A model generated the notes under the pieces. The model was not told the origin of the DNA. It worked only from the letters and a program-made list of their open reading frames with translations, and did not search any database. From positions 2,613 through 66,612 of the forward strand of contig NZ_DKGQ01000020.1 of assembly GCF_002453355.1 (NCBI RefSeq): a stretch of 64,000 nucleotides of DNA. The letters are read 5' to 3'. Shown here piece by piece: positions 54,808 through 63,410 of the stretch; position 1 is the first letter of the stretch; each line of letters begins with the position of its first letter. Source of the DNA: Psychrobacter sp. UBA6766. GTDB taxonomy: Bacteria > Pseudomonadota > Gammaproteobacteria > Pseudomonadales > Moraxellaceae. The translations under genes were made by a program, and so were the position numbers.

Positions 54808-56085
54808 TTAAGATTTAGCAGGTTTAGACGAGCGGCTAAATCCTTGACGCTTTAATTCTAACTTAGCAATCATGGTTTTATGGACTTCATCAGGACCATC
54901 GGCTAAACGTAGCGCGCGAGCTTGGGCAAAGAAAGCAGGCAACATCGTATCTTGACAAACGCCCATACCGCCGTGAATCTGAATCGCCATATCGACCACT
55001 TCTTGCAGTACCGTCGGTGCAACCACTTTAATGGCAGAGATTTCAGTCAATGCCGCTTTGGTCCCCTTCGCGTCCATTTTCTGCGCCGCGTATAGTGTCA
55101 ATAAACGCGCTTGGTCAATCTTAATACGGGCGTCAGCAATACGCTCAAAGTTACCGCCCAGTTGTAGCAGTGGCTTGCCAAAAGCGGTACGCTGCATACC
55201 GCGCTTAACCGCTAGCTCAAGAGATTCTTCGGCAGCACCGATACAGCGCATACAATGATGAATACGGCCCGGTCCTAATCGACCTTGGGCAATCTCGAAG
55301 CCCATGCCGGGACCACCGATAAAGTTATCAATGGGCACACGAACGTTATTAAAGCTGACTTCGCCATGACCGTGCGGTGCATCGTAATCACCAAACACTT
55401 TTAACATACGCTCGATGTTAACGCCTGCCGTTTTTGCCGGCACCAAGACCATCGAATGCTGATGGTGACGGTCTTTATTCTCATCAGGAGTATACGCCAT
55501 GACAATCAAAATATCGACGGCAGGGTCACCAAGACCTGATGACCACCACTTACTACCATTGATAACAATCTCATCGCCATCGACAACAGCAGTCGCCTGC
55601 ATATTGGTGGCATCACTTGACGCCACATCAGGCTCAGTCATACAAAACACCGAACGCGTTTTACCTTCTAATATCGGCGTGAGCCATTTGTCTTGCTGCT
55701 CTTGTGAGCCATAACGCCATAACAGCTCCATATTACCGCTATCAGGAGCATTACAGTTAAAGACATAAGGCGCGAGCAAACTGCGACCGGTGAGCTCGGC
55801 AATTGGTGCATAATCGGTAACCGAAAGCCCAGCGCCAAGCTTGTCATCTGGTAAAAACAGATTCCATAATCCCGCTTCGCGCGCTTGTTTACGAAGGCTC
55901 TCGTACTTTTCTGGCCAATGCCAATTTTTCCAATTACCATCCGGGTTTTGGGCATGACAATCCGTCCAAAACTGTGCTTCTATTGGCTCAATTTGGGTCT
56001 CGATAAATGCTTTGACTTTGGCATGCATGGCTTGACCATGTTCGGTGGCGCTAAACATTAATGTATCGTTAGACATAGCTGACAT
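54808..56085 (-). CDS. acyl-CoA dehydrogenase family protein, FadE2 / ACAD10-ACAD11 class
   Basis: It has an ACAD fold throughout. The N-terminal ...LRKQAREAGLWNLFLPDD... and C-terminal ...ALRLADGPDEVHKTMIAK... are hallmarks of the FadE2-like subclass. Confidence 0.85.
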   Translation of the reverse strand: MSAMSNDTLMFSATEHGQAMHAKVKAFIETQIEPIEAQFWTDCHAQNPDGNWKNWHWPEKYESLRKQAREAGLWNLFLPDDKLGAGLSVTDYAPIAELTGRSLLAPYVFNCNAPDSGNMELLWRYGSQEQQDKWLTPILEGKTRSVFCMTEPDVASSDATNMQATAVVDGDEIVINGSKWWSSGLGDPAVDILIVMAYTPDENKDRHHQHSMVLVPAKTAGVNIERMLKVFGDYDAPHGHGEVSFNNVRVPIDNFIGGPGMGFEIAQGRLGPGRIHHCMRCIGAAEESLELAVKRGMQRTAFGKPLLQLGGNFERIADARIKIDQARLLTLYAAQKMDAKGTKAALTEISAIKVVAPTVLQEVVDMAIQIHGGMGVCQDTMLPAFFAQARALRLADGPDEVHKTMIAKLELKRQGFSRSSKPAKS

Positions 56086-56162
56086 CCTTTTCCTTGCTAA
56101 TGATTAAATTGTTTCATCAAATCCACATCAAACTTTTATAGAAAGCTTAATATGAAATTTAT

Positions 56163-56180
56163 AGTGTACGTACGTATACT
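56163..56180. promoter_or_regulatory. near-perfect 18-bp palindrome AGTGTACGTACGTATACT, candidate repressor operator upstream of the ACAD gene
   Basis: Read directly from the sequence, with 2 mismatches to perfect dyad symmetry. It lies 78-95 bp upstream of ATG 56085 (minus strand). Confidence 0.35.
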
Positions 56181-56226
56181 CTCTTTTATCTGCACCATTT
56201 ATAACACAGCATTTACCAATAAACAG

Positions 56227-56259
56227 CAAAAAAGGCGCGACCCGCTAGGACACGCCTTT
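56227..56259. terminator. rho-independent terminator after sohB (minus strand)
   Basis: AAAGGCG-(15 nt)-CGCCTTT has a flanking A-run and T-run. Confidence 0.6.
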
Positions 56260-56337
56260 TACAAAATACAAACAATGTATGATTCAGTATTGAAATGCTA
56301 GAGTACTAACTCTCGAATAAGAGAATGATAGGTAAAC

Positions 56338-57324
56338 CTATTTTAAAATGTTCAATCGACTGTTTAAATCAAAACGCGCTAACGCATCTGGTAACTTATC
56401 AACTACCATACTTACGGTAGCTTCGGCAGCTTGGGATAAACCCAATTTTTCTGCAAGCGTTGGTTTTTGACGTGAATGCAGCGCGTACACCTCGTTATTT
56501 TCCATACGCTCTAAAATATAGCTGTCAGAAGTTTGGAGCGTATCAACCAAGTTAAGTTTTAGCGCATCTTCTCCATACCAATGCTCACCGGTCGCCACCT
56601 TAGCAACATCCAACGTTGGACGATAAGTATTGACGAAATGTTTAAATAACTCGTGCGTTTGCTCAAGCTCTTCTTGATATTTGGCGCGGTCTTCAGCGTC
56701 ATTTTCACCAAATACCGTAACGGTACGTTTGTAATCGCCGGCAGTAAACATCTCATAATCGACGTCGTGATTTTTTAGCCATTTATGAAAGTTAGGTAAT
56801 TGCGATACCACACCAATCGAGCCAATCACGGCAAATGGCGCGGCGACGATATTGTCAGCGACGCAAGCCATCATATAACCACCGCTCGCCGCGACTTTAT
56901 CGACACAAACGGTCAACTTTAGGCCAGCATCTTTTAGACGCACCAATTGAGCAGCCGCTAAACCATAACCATGAACCAAGCCGCCGCCTGATTCTAGACG
57001 CACAACGACTTCATCGCCTTTATTGGCAGTGCTGATTAGCGTGCTAATTTCTTCGCGTAAATGCTTCACCGCTGTGGCTTTGATATCGCCATCAAAATCA
57101 AGAACAAAAACTTGCTGTTTATCATCGCTATTATTCTTTTTATTTTTGCTTTTATTTTTTACTTTTAATGCTTGTTTGGCTTTCTTTGCCATGGTTTTCT
57201 TCAGTTGTTTAAGCGCCGCTTTACCTTGCGTCGCTTCCATCAGATCTTCACGACGTTGCTCTTGGCTTTTATTGAGATGGATAACTCTTAGCTCAACAGG
57301 ATTTTTAGAAGGATGAAAAAGCAT
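56338..57324 (-). CDS. sohB: S49-family peptidase SohB (apparently lacking the N-terminal membrane anchor)
   Basis: Collinear with E. coli SohB from about residue 40 onward (ELRV..L, VLDFDGDI, LESGGGLVHGYGLAA, DKVAASGGYMMACVAD, GSIGVV, ATGEHWYG). Confidence 0.85.
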   Translation of the reverse strand: MLFHPSKNPVELRVIHLNKSQEQRREDLMEATQGKAALKQLKKTMAKKAKQALKVKNKSKNKKNNSDDKQQVFVLDFDGDIKATAVKHLREEISTLISTANKGDEVVVRLESGGGLVHGYGLAAAQLVRLKDAGLKLTVCVDKVAASGGYMMACVADNIVAAPFAVIGSIGVVSQLPNFHKWLKNHDVDYEMFTAGDYKRTVTVFGENDAEDRAKYQEELEQTHELFKHFVNTYRPTLDVAKVATGEHWYGEDALKLNLVDTLQTSDSYILERMENNEVYALHSRQKPTLAEKLGLSQAAEATVSMVVDKLPDALARFDLNSRLNILK

Positions 57325-57732
57325 GAGCAGAATTCCTTGATAGTTGAAATAAATAATTTTAATAGATAATTGAAGTGGTTTTAATACGGTTTAATAAGTT
57401 AGCTTGATATGCGCACAGTGACTAGTATTTTCAAGCAAAATGACAATATTTAACCCAAGATAAATATTACTGCATAAATACCACCACTACTGATACGTCC
57501 CTGCCCTTCGTTTGAACACTACTGATTGGACGCCACAGGTTGTATAACAAAGGCAGATTAGGCATAATATGCGTTTACATCAAATTTTCTGCAGCCAACG
57601 TGATGACCATTTGTCTTATATCGCGTTATTCGTGCTTTTTTGGCTAAATGCTCAAAGGCACGGCGCTTATATTACACGCTAGCGGCTGCATTATTGTATT
57701 TCGAATTGGGCTGACAACTGGATAATTATATT

Positions 57733-59574
57733 ATGACGCAAAGCACTATGACGCATAGCGAATACCGAGACGAATATTGCGGCGCTGTAACCGAAAGCTT
57801 ACTTGAGCAAACCATTAGCATCGTGGGCTGGGTACATCGTCGTCGCGATCACGGTGGTGTGATTTTCTTAGACATGCGTGACCGCGCAGGCATCTTACAA
57901 GTTGTCGTTGACCCTGATACGCCAGAAGCATTCGCGACTGCTGACGCGGTTCGTCCTGAATATGTATTAAAAATTACTGGCCGTGTTCGTCGTCGTTATG
58001 AAGGGACTGAAAACGCTAATATGACCAGTGGTCAAATTGAGCTATTAGGCAAAGAAATTGAAGTATTGGCGAAATCTGAAACCCCACCTTTCCCATTAAA
58101 TGATGAGAAAACCACGGTATCAGAAGATTTGCGCCTAAAGTATCGCTACCTTGATATGCGCCGTCCGCAAATGCAAGAGCGTATGGTTTTCCGTGCCAAA
58201 GCCACTTCTGCCATTCGTCGTTATTTAGACGACCATGGTTTCTTAGATGTTGAAACGCCTATCTTGACTCGTGCCACGCCAGAAGGCGCGCGTGATTATC
58301 TGGTTCCTTCACGTACACGTCCAGGTAACTTCTTTGCTTTACCGCAGTCGCCACAGTTATTTAAGCAATTGTTAATGGTGTCAGGATTTGACCGCTATTA
58401 TCAAATCGCTAAATGTTTCCGTGATGAAGACTTACGTGCTGACCGTCAGCCTGAATTTACTCAAGTCGATATTGAGACTTCTTTCTTAAACGAAGAAGAA
58501 ATCATGAATATCAACGAAGGTCTAATCAAACATCTGTTTAAAACCATGATGGATGTAGAGTTTGCGCAATTTCCGCGTATGACTTACGCTGAAGCGATGC
58601 GTGATTACGCCTCAGACAAGCCTGACTTACGAATTCCATTAAAATTGGTCGACGTTGCCGATTTAATGAAAGACGTTGATTTTAAAGTATTTGCTGGTCC
58701 TGCGAATGATCCAAAAGGTCGCGTTGCTGCCCTTCGAATTCCCGGCGGTGCTTCATTAAGCCGTAAGCAAATCGACGCTTATACTAAGTTTGTCGGTATT
58801 TATGGGGCACGTGGTTTGGCTTATATTAAAGTCAATGATGCCAGCAACATTAACAACGGCGTTGATAAAGAATCTGGTCTACAGTCGCCTATCATTAAAA
58901 ACATGACCGATGACGTACTAGCGAGCTTGATTGAGCGTACGGGTGCCGAGAGCAATGATATTATCTTCTTTGGTGCCGATAAAGCCAATGTCGTAAACGA
59001 TGCAATTGGCGCACTACGTCAAAAAATTGGTCTAGACTTAGAGATGCTGACCTGTGAATGGGCGCCTCTTTGGGTGACTGATTTCCCAATGTTTGAAGAA
59101 ACTGACGATGGTCGCTGGACGTCAATGCACCATCCGTTTACTAAGCCAAAAGGCTCAGTTGAAGAGCTAAAAACCAATCCTGAATCAGCGCTTTCTATCG
59201 CTTATGATATGGTATTAAACGGTACTGAAATCGGCGGCGGTAGCTTACGTATCAATACCCTTGAGATGCAAAAAGCGGTATTTGAAGCACTGGGTATCGA
59301 TGAGGAAGAAGCCGAAGAGAAATTTAGCTTCTTACTTAATGCACTAAAATTCGGTGCGCCTCCGCATGGTGGTTTAGCCTTTGGCCTGGATCGTCTTATT
59401 ATGCTCATGGTCGGCGCAAGTTCTATCCGTGACGTGATTGCCTTCCCTAAAACCAAAACTGCTGAAGACCCAATGACGCAAGCGCCTGCTCCGGTAGATA
59501 GCAAGCAGCTACGTGACCTTGGTATCCGTGTTCGCGAAAAGGCCCAGCCTGATACCAATAAACCTGCTCAATAA
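57733..59574 (+). CDS. aspS: aspartate--tRNA ligase
   Basis: It has class IIb motifs ([30 protein letters not shown]), an OB anticodon domain and a GAD insertion. Confidence 0.96.
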   Translation: MTQSTMTHSEYRDEYCGAVTESLLEQTISIVGWVHRRRDHGGVIFLDMRDRAGILQVVVDPDTPEAFATADAVRPEYVLKITGRVRRRYEGTENANMTSGQIELLGKEIEVLAKSETPPFPLNDEKTTVSEDLRLKYRYLDMRRPQMQERMVFRAKATSAIRRYLDDHGFLDVETPILTRATPEGARDYLVPSRTRPGNFFALPQSPQLFKQLLMVSGFDRYYQIAKCFRDEDLRADRQPEFTQVDIETSFLNEEEIMNINEGLIKHLFKTMMDVEFAQFPRMTYAEAMRDYASDKPDLRIPLKLVDVADLMKDVDFKVFAGPANDPKGRVAALRIPGGASLSRKQIDAYTKFVGIYGARGLAYIKVNDASNINNGVDKESGLQSPIIKNMTDDVLASLIERTGAESNDIIFFGADKANVVNDAIGALRQKIGLDLEMLTCEWAPLWVTDFPMFEETDDGRWTSMHHPFTKPKGSVEELKTNPESALSIAYDMVLNGTEIGGGSLRINTLEMQKAVFEALGIDEEEAEEKFSFLLNALKFGAPPHGGLAFGLDRLIMLMVGASSIRDVIAFPKTKTAEDPMTQAPAPVDSKQLRDLGIRVREKAQPDTNKPAQ

Positions 59575-59635
59575 TTGGTTTAGTCATGCGCAGATATTGT
59601 TTGTATTGCCCGTTATATGTTTCATCACCATGTGA

Positions 59636-60601
59636 ATGGTCATGAATCCATATCATCTCTTCAAATTCGTGCCACTATCTGTTTTGCAGATGCTGGCACG
59701 TTTTGTTGCCTGGGTAATATCATGCCTACCAAATGCTAGTATCATGCGTACTGTGCGTATCAATATCGCCCTAGTTGCGCCGGCGTTATCTGCTCATCAA
59801 AAACGCGCATTAACCAAAGAGATTATTTATCATCAATGTTTAACCAGTATCGAATCTATCAAAAGCTGGGCGATGCCACCGCAGTGGAGCATTGCCCAGA
59901 TTCGTGACGTGCATAATAAAGAGTATTTATTAGAAGGGCTTGCCAATCCTAATGGTATGCTTGCAATCGTCCCGCATCTGGGAACATGGGAGATGATGAA
60001 CGCGTGGCTCAACCAGTTTGGCGCGCCAACCATTATGTACAAACCTGTTAAAGGTGATATTACTAACAGCTTTGTGTTGCAAGGTCGCTCACGTCTTAAT
60101 GCGACACTGGTTCCGACCGATGGTAGCGGCGTCAAAGCCGTCTTTAAAACCCTTAAACAAAGTGGCTTTAGTATTGTACTGCCTGATCACGTCCCTGAAC
60201 CTTCAGGCGGTGTTATCGTGCCATTTTTTGGTATTGAAACCTTAACCAGCACATTGGCGTCAAAACTGGCAAGCAAAACCAAGTGTGCCTTGGTTGGCTT
60301 ATCTTGCATTCGCCGTGACGACGGGCAAGGTTTTGATATTTATTGTTATAAATTAGACGACCCCGCCCTATATGACCGCAATACTGAAACCGCTGCTCAT
60401 GCGCTTAACTTAGCGATGCAGCATATGATTGAAGCTCATTATAGTCATTATATGTGGGGTTATCGCCGCTTTAAACAAATTCCTTTATTAGATAACCCAT
60501 ATAAGGCTGACGAAAAAGCTTTGGCTGATTTTATCAACGACAACACCCAAAAACGTGCCTTACATGCTAATAAGCAAGTGTCTAATAATCCTGAACTTTG
60601 A
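59636..60601 (+). CDS. lpxL: lipid A biosynthesis (Kdo)2-lipid IVA late acyltransferase (LpxL/LpxM/HtrB family)
   Basis: It has an N-terminal anchor and the catalytic H(x)4(D/E) motif in VPHLGTWEM. The family-typical ...PDH.P......VPFFG... is present. Confidence 0.8.
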   Translation: MVMNPYHLFKFVPLSVLQMLARFVAWVISCLPNASIMRTVRINIALVAPALSAHQKRALTKEIIYHQCLTSIESIKSWAMPPQWSIAQIRDVHNKEYLLEGLANPNGMLAIVPHLGTWEMMNAWLNQFGAPTIMYKPVKGDITNSFVLQGRSRLNATLVPTDGSGVKAVFKTLKQSGFSIVLPDHVPEPSGGVIVPFFGIETLTSTLASKLASKTKCALVGLSCIRRDDGQGFDIYCYKLDDPALYDRNTETAAHALNLAMQHMIEAHYSHYMWGYRRFKQIPLLDNPYKADEKALADFINDNTQKRALHANKQVSNNPEL

Positions 60602-60760
60602 TTCTAATAAGCAACATTCGTACAATCAGTTAAGCGTTTAGAAATATCGTTAATGATAGCTATGCTAATATGAGCAAGTTGTCATCTATTAGAATATTTT
60701 TTGACTGAATAATGATTGAGCAACTCTTCATTTCTTCATTGACTTTAATATGAGTATATT

Positions 60761-61561
60761 ATGGCGACTGACGTAACCAGCCTTTCATCGACCGAGCAAC
60801 TACAAACCAATCATAACAGTGCCGAACAGCGTTATATTATTTGTATGAAATGGGGCGATAAATATGGTCCTGAATACGTCAACCGTCTTTATAATATGGT
60901 CGTTCGCCATTTGACCTTAGACTTCCAAATGGTTTGCTTAACCGATGATAATACTGGCATCGACCCTGCAGTTGCTTGTTACCCCATACCGGAAATGGAT
61001 TTGCCAGCCGGTCCTGAGCGTGGCTGGAAAAAACTGACCACGTTTAAGCCAGAATTATATGATCTAAAAGGTGTCGCCTTATTTTTAGACATCGATATCG
61101 TGATTGTCGATAATATCGATGCTTTTTTCACTTATGAAGCTGAGTATGAAGACAGCGTCGTCATCATTCGTGATTGGAAAAAGCCATGGCGCATGATCGG
61201 TAATAGCTCGGTTTATCGCTTTAACATCGGTATGGGTACCTATCCTGATTTGCTCGAAAACTTTGAGCGCAACTTTGAAACCATTCGCACGCAGGTTCGT
61301 CATGAGCAGGCATATTTATCTAATTATTTACGTGAACATCACCACCTAGAGTACTGGGATAAAAACTGGTGTGTCAGTTTTAAATATCAGTGTATGGCGC
61401 CTACTCCTTTAAATTTCGTACGTGCTCCGACGCTACCTGATGGTGCAAAAATCGTTATTTTTCATGGTGAGATTAATCCACCAGACGCTATCAAAGGCGG
61501 CGGCGGTAAATGGTATCGTCATGTGAAGCCTAGCCCTTGGTTGCAAGAGTACTGGGTGTAA
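60761..61561 (+). CDS. putative glycosyltransferase (nucleotide-diphospho-sugar transferase fold)
   Basis: It has the conserved-looking N-terminus YIICMKWGDKYGPEYVNRLYNMVVRHL and a DxD-like LDIDIVIVD. It lies next to lpxL and other sugar-transferase-like genes. The family could not be assigned. Confidence 0.4.
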   Translation: MATDVTSLSSTEQLQTNHNSAEQRYIICMKWGDKYGPEYVNRLYNMVVRHLTLDFQMVCLTDDNTGIDPAVACYPIPEMDLPAGPERGWKKLTTFKPELYDLKGVALFLDIDIVIVDNIDAFFTYEAEYEDSVVIIRDWKKPWRMIGNSSVYRFNIGMGTYPDLLENFERNFETIRTQVRHEQAYLSNYLREHHHLEYWDKNWCVSFKYQCMAPTPLNFVRAPTLPDGAKIVIFHGEINPPDAIKGGGGKWYRHVKPSPWLQEYWV

Positions 61562-61590
61562 CTAAGTTATAAAAACATCTGGAGCTAAAC

Positions 61591-62439
61591 GTGGAACAAC
61601 CTCCTAGCGCAACCTTTAATATTGACAATCAAAGTGTTTCTATTCGTACTTTTGATGCAAAAGAAGCCGAGCAAAATCTTCACCAACAAAGAGTCAATAT
61701 TATCGCCTCTGGTCCTTCGATTACAGACCTAAATTTTGCAGATTTAATAAATACCGCTACTATCTTTGTAAATGGTAGTATTAGCCTAATAGTTAAACAC
61801 AATTTAACCAATGTCGTCGGTTATGTCATTAGTGATGCGCGCTTCGTCAAACATCAACCAGATATTTTAAACAAGTACTACACAGGCCAGCCTTTGTATG
61901 CAACTCTGGCAGTGTTTGAGGCATTAGCAATCACACACCCAAGCATGATAAGCAAATACCATAATGCAATGCGCGTTATCTACCCTGCCGATAGACCTTG
62001 GAGCGTAAAAACAAATAAGTCTTGGCTTGGTAGACTACTATCTAAACCAGTCTCTCATAATAAAAAGATACCGCTAGCATTATTGGCCAATCAACCTAAC
62101 TTTGTTATCGATACGCAACATCAGCCTGCGCCTATCGGCCTATCTTTAGATATGACGTATGGGTTTATAGAAGCAGGAACAGTAGCTTACGTCGCCGCCC
62201 AGTTGGCTTATTCACGTCATGCTGGCGCGATTCACTTATATGGGATTGATTTGTTGAATAATAACCAACCTCGATTTTATGAGAGTAAAGGCGATAGCGC
62301 GCCTTGTAAATTAGATAAGGCAATCACTGATCGGATTGTGCCGTCTTTTAACCTGCTAGGTAAGATTTATAAAGAAAATAACGTACCCGTTATAAATCAT
62401 TCACCAGTCTCTCAAAATCTATTTAATGAACTGAATTGA
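61591..62439 (+). CDS. hypothetical protein, possible LOS-core sugar/Kdo/sialyl-type transferase
   Basis: It has a GTG start preceded by GGAG. The early motif VNIIASGPSI resembles the xGxGPS nucleotide-sugar motif of GT42/DUF115-type transferases. This is a weak, motif-level inference. Confidence 0.3.
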   Translation: MEQPPSATFNIDNQSVSIRTFDAKEAEQNLHQQRVNIIASGPSITDLNFADLINTATIFVNGSISLIVKHNLTNVVGYVISDARFVKHQPDILNKYYTGQPLYATLAVFEALAITHPSMISKYHNAMRVIYPADRPWSVKTNKSWLGRLLSKPVSHNKKIPLALLANQPNFVIDTQHQPAPIGLSLDMTYGFIEAGTVAYVAAQLAYSRHAGAIHLYGIDLLNNNQPRFYESKGDSAPCKLDKAITDRIVPSFNLLGKIYKENNVPVINHSPVSQNLFNELN

Positions 62440-62540
62440 TTGCTCTGTTATTCTTTAAATAAATTAGTAGACAAAAAATTTTGGTCAAATGTATGCGTCA
62501 AACAATCTATATAAACAATTACGAACAAGGTTTGTATTAA

Positions 62541-63308
62541 ATGACAGCACCGAGTGGATGGCAAAGAAAAGCGATTTTACTGTTTAAAAGTGAAAAACGG
62601 TTAAATGCAGGAAAAATCGTCAAAACCTTTATGAATAGAAGCCTTGATGAGATGAAAGCCTCTCTAATCACAGATGCTATGTGCGATGCTTCAGCCTTAA
62701 CGCATAAACCGCGAACCAATGATTTAACTGCTCATTTGGAGAATTTAAAACATCAGTTCATCGGGCAATCAGAGCTTTGTTTTTATCATGCCACACTCGT
62801 AGTACTACTACGTCGCAACTATAAGCCTAAAGAAATCTTCGCTGAGTTTGAGCAACTATGGGATACAGAGATGGACTATTTATTAGAGCATTTATCTTTA
62901 CGCTGGGTTGTTTCTGCCTGTGACACCTTTGTTGATCATTCAAACGATAGCATCAGAGCTGCTATTTTGATGAACATCACTACGCTTGTGACTAGTTTAA
63001 GAGTTTATGAAACTAAACAGTTTTTGCTACAACCTGCTAATGCTAAATCTTTACCCCTAATCGACGATAACATTGAGGCATTTTATCGGAGTGACATCCC
63101 TTTATATGACGGTTTGACTTATTTTCGTGTGGGCTCCGATGATACTTTAAAGAACATGCGTAAGCGTTACGAGAATTTTTATAAGTCAGATAAGTTAGCA
63201 ACGACAATGCTATTATCCGTTTTTGACCAGCTTCAAAAAAACAACAGTGCTTTTTCTACCATGCGCTCGTTACACAAGAGCGAAAAATCTGAGTGGTGGT
63301 TAGATTAA
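62541..63308 (+). CDS. hypothetical protein (no recognisable domain)
   Basis: The ORF is 255 codons and intact. It is predicted helical and soluble and lies in the AT-rich LOS cluster. The start is uncertain (alternative Met at codon 31). Confidence 0.45.
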   Translation: MTAPSGWQRKAILLFKSEKRLNAGKIVKTFMNRSLDEMKASLITDAMCDASALTHKPRTNDLTAHLENLKHQFIGQSELCFYHATLVVLLRRNYKPKEIFAEFEQLWDTEMDYLLEHLSLRWVVSACDTFVDHSNDSIRAAILMNITTLVTSLRVYETKQFLLQPANAKSLPLIDDNIEAFYRSDIPLYDGLTYFRVGSDDTLKNMRKRYENFYKSDKLATTMLLSVFDQLQKNNSAFSTMRSLHKSEKSEWWLD

Positions 63309-63410
63309 AATCAGCTACTAATATTACTGGATTTATTTGAACTACTTATCTAATATAGCGCCAGAAAATCTCACCATTCGTGTTTTATTATTAAATCTAC
63401 AGAGCTTTCC

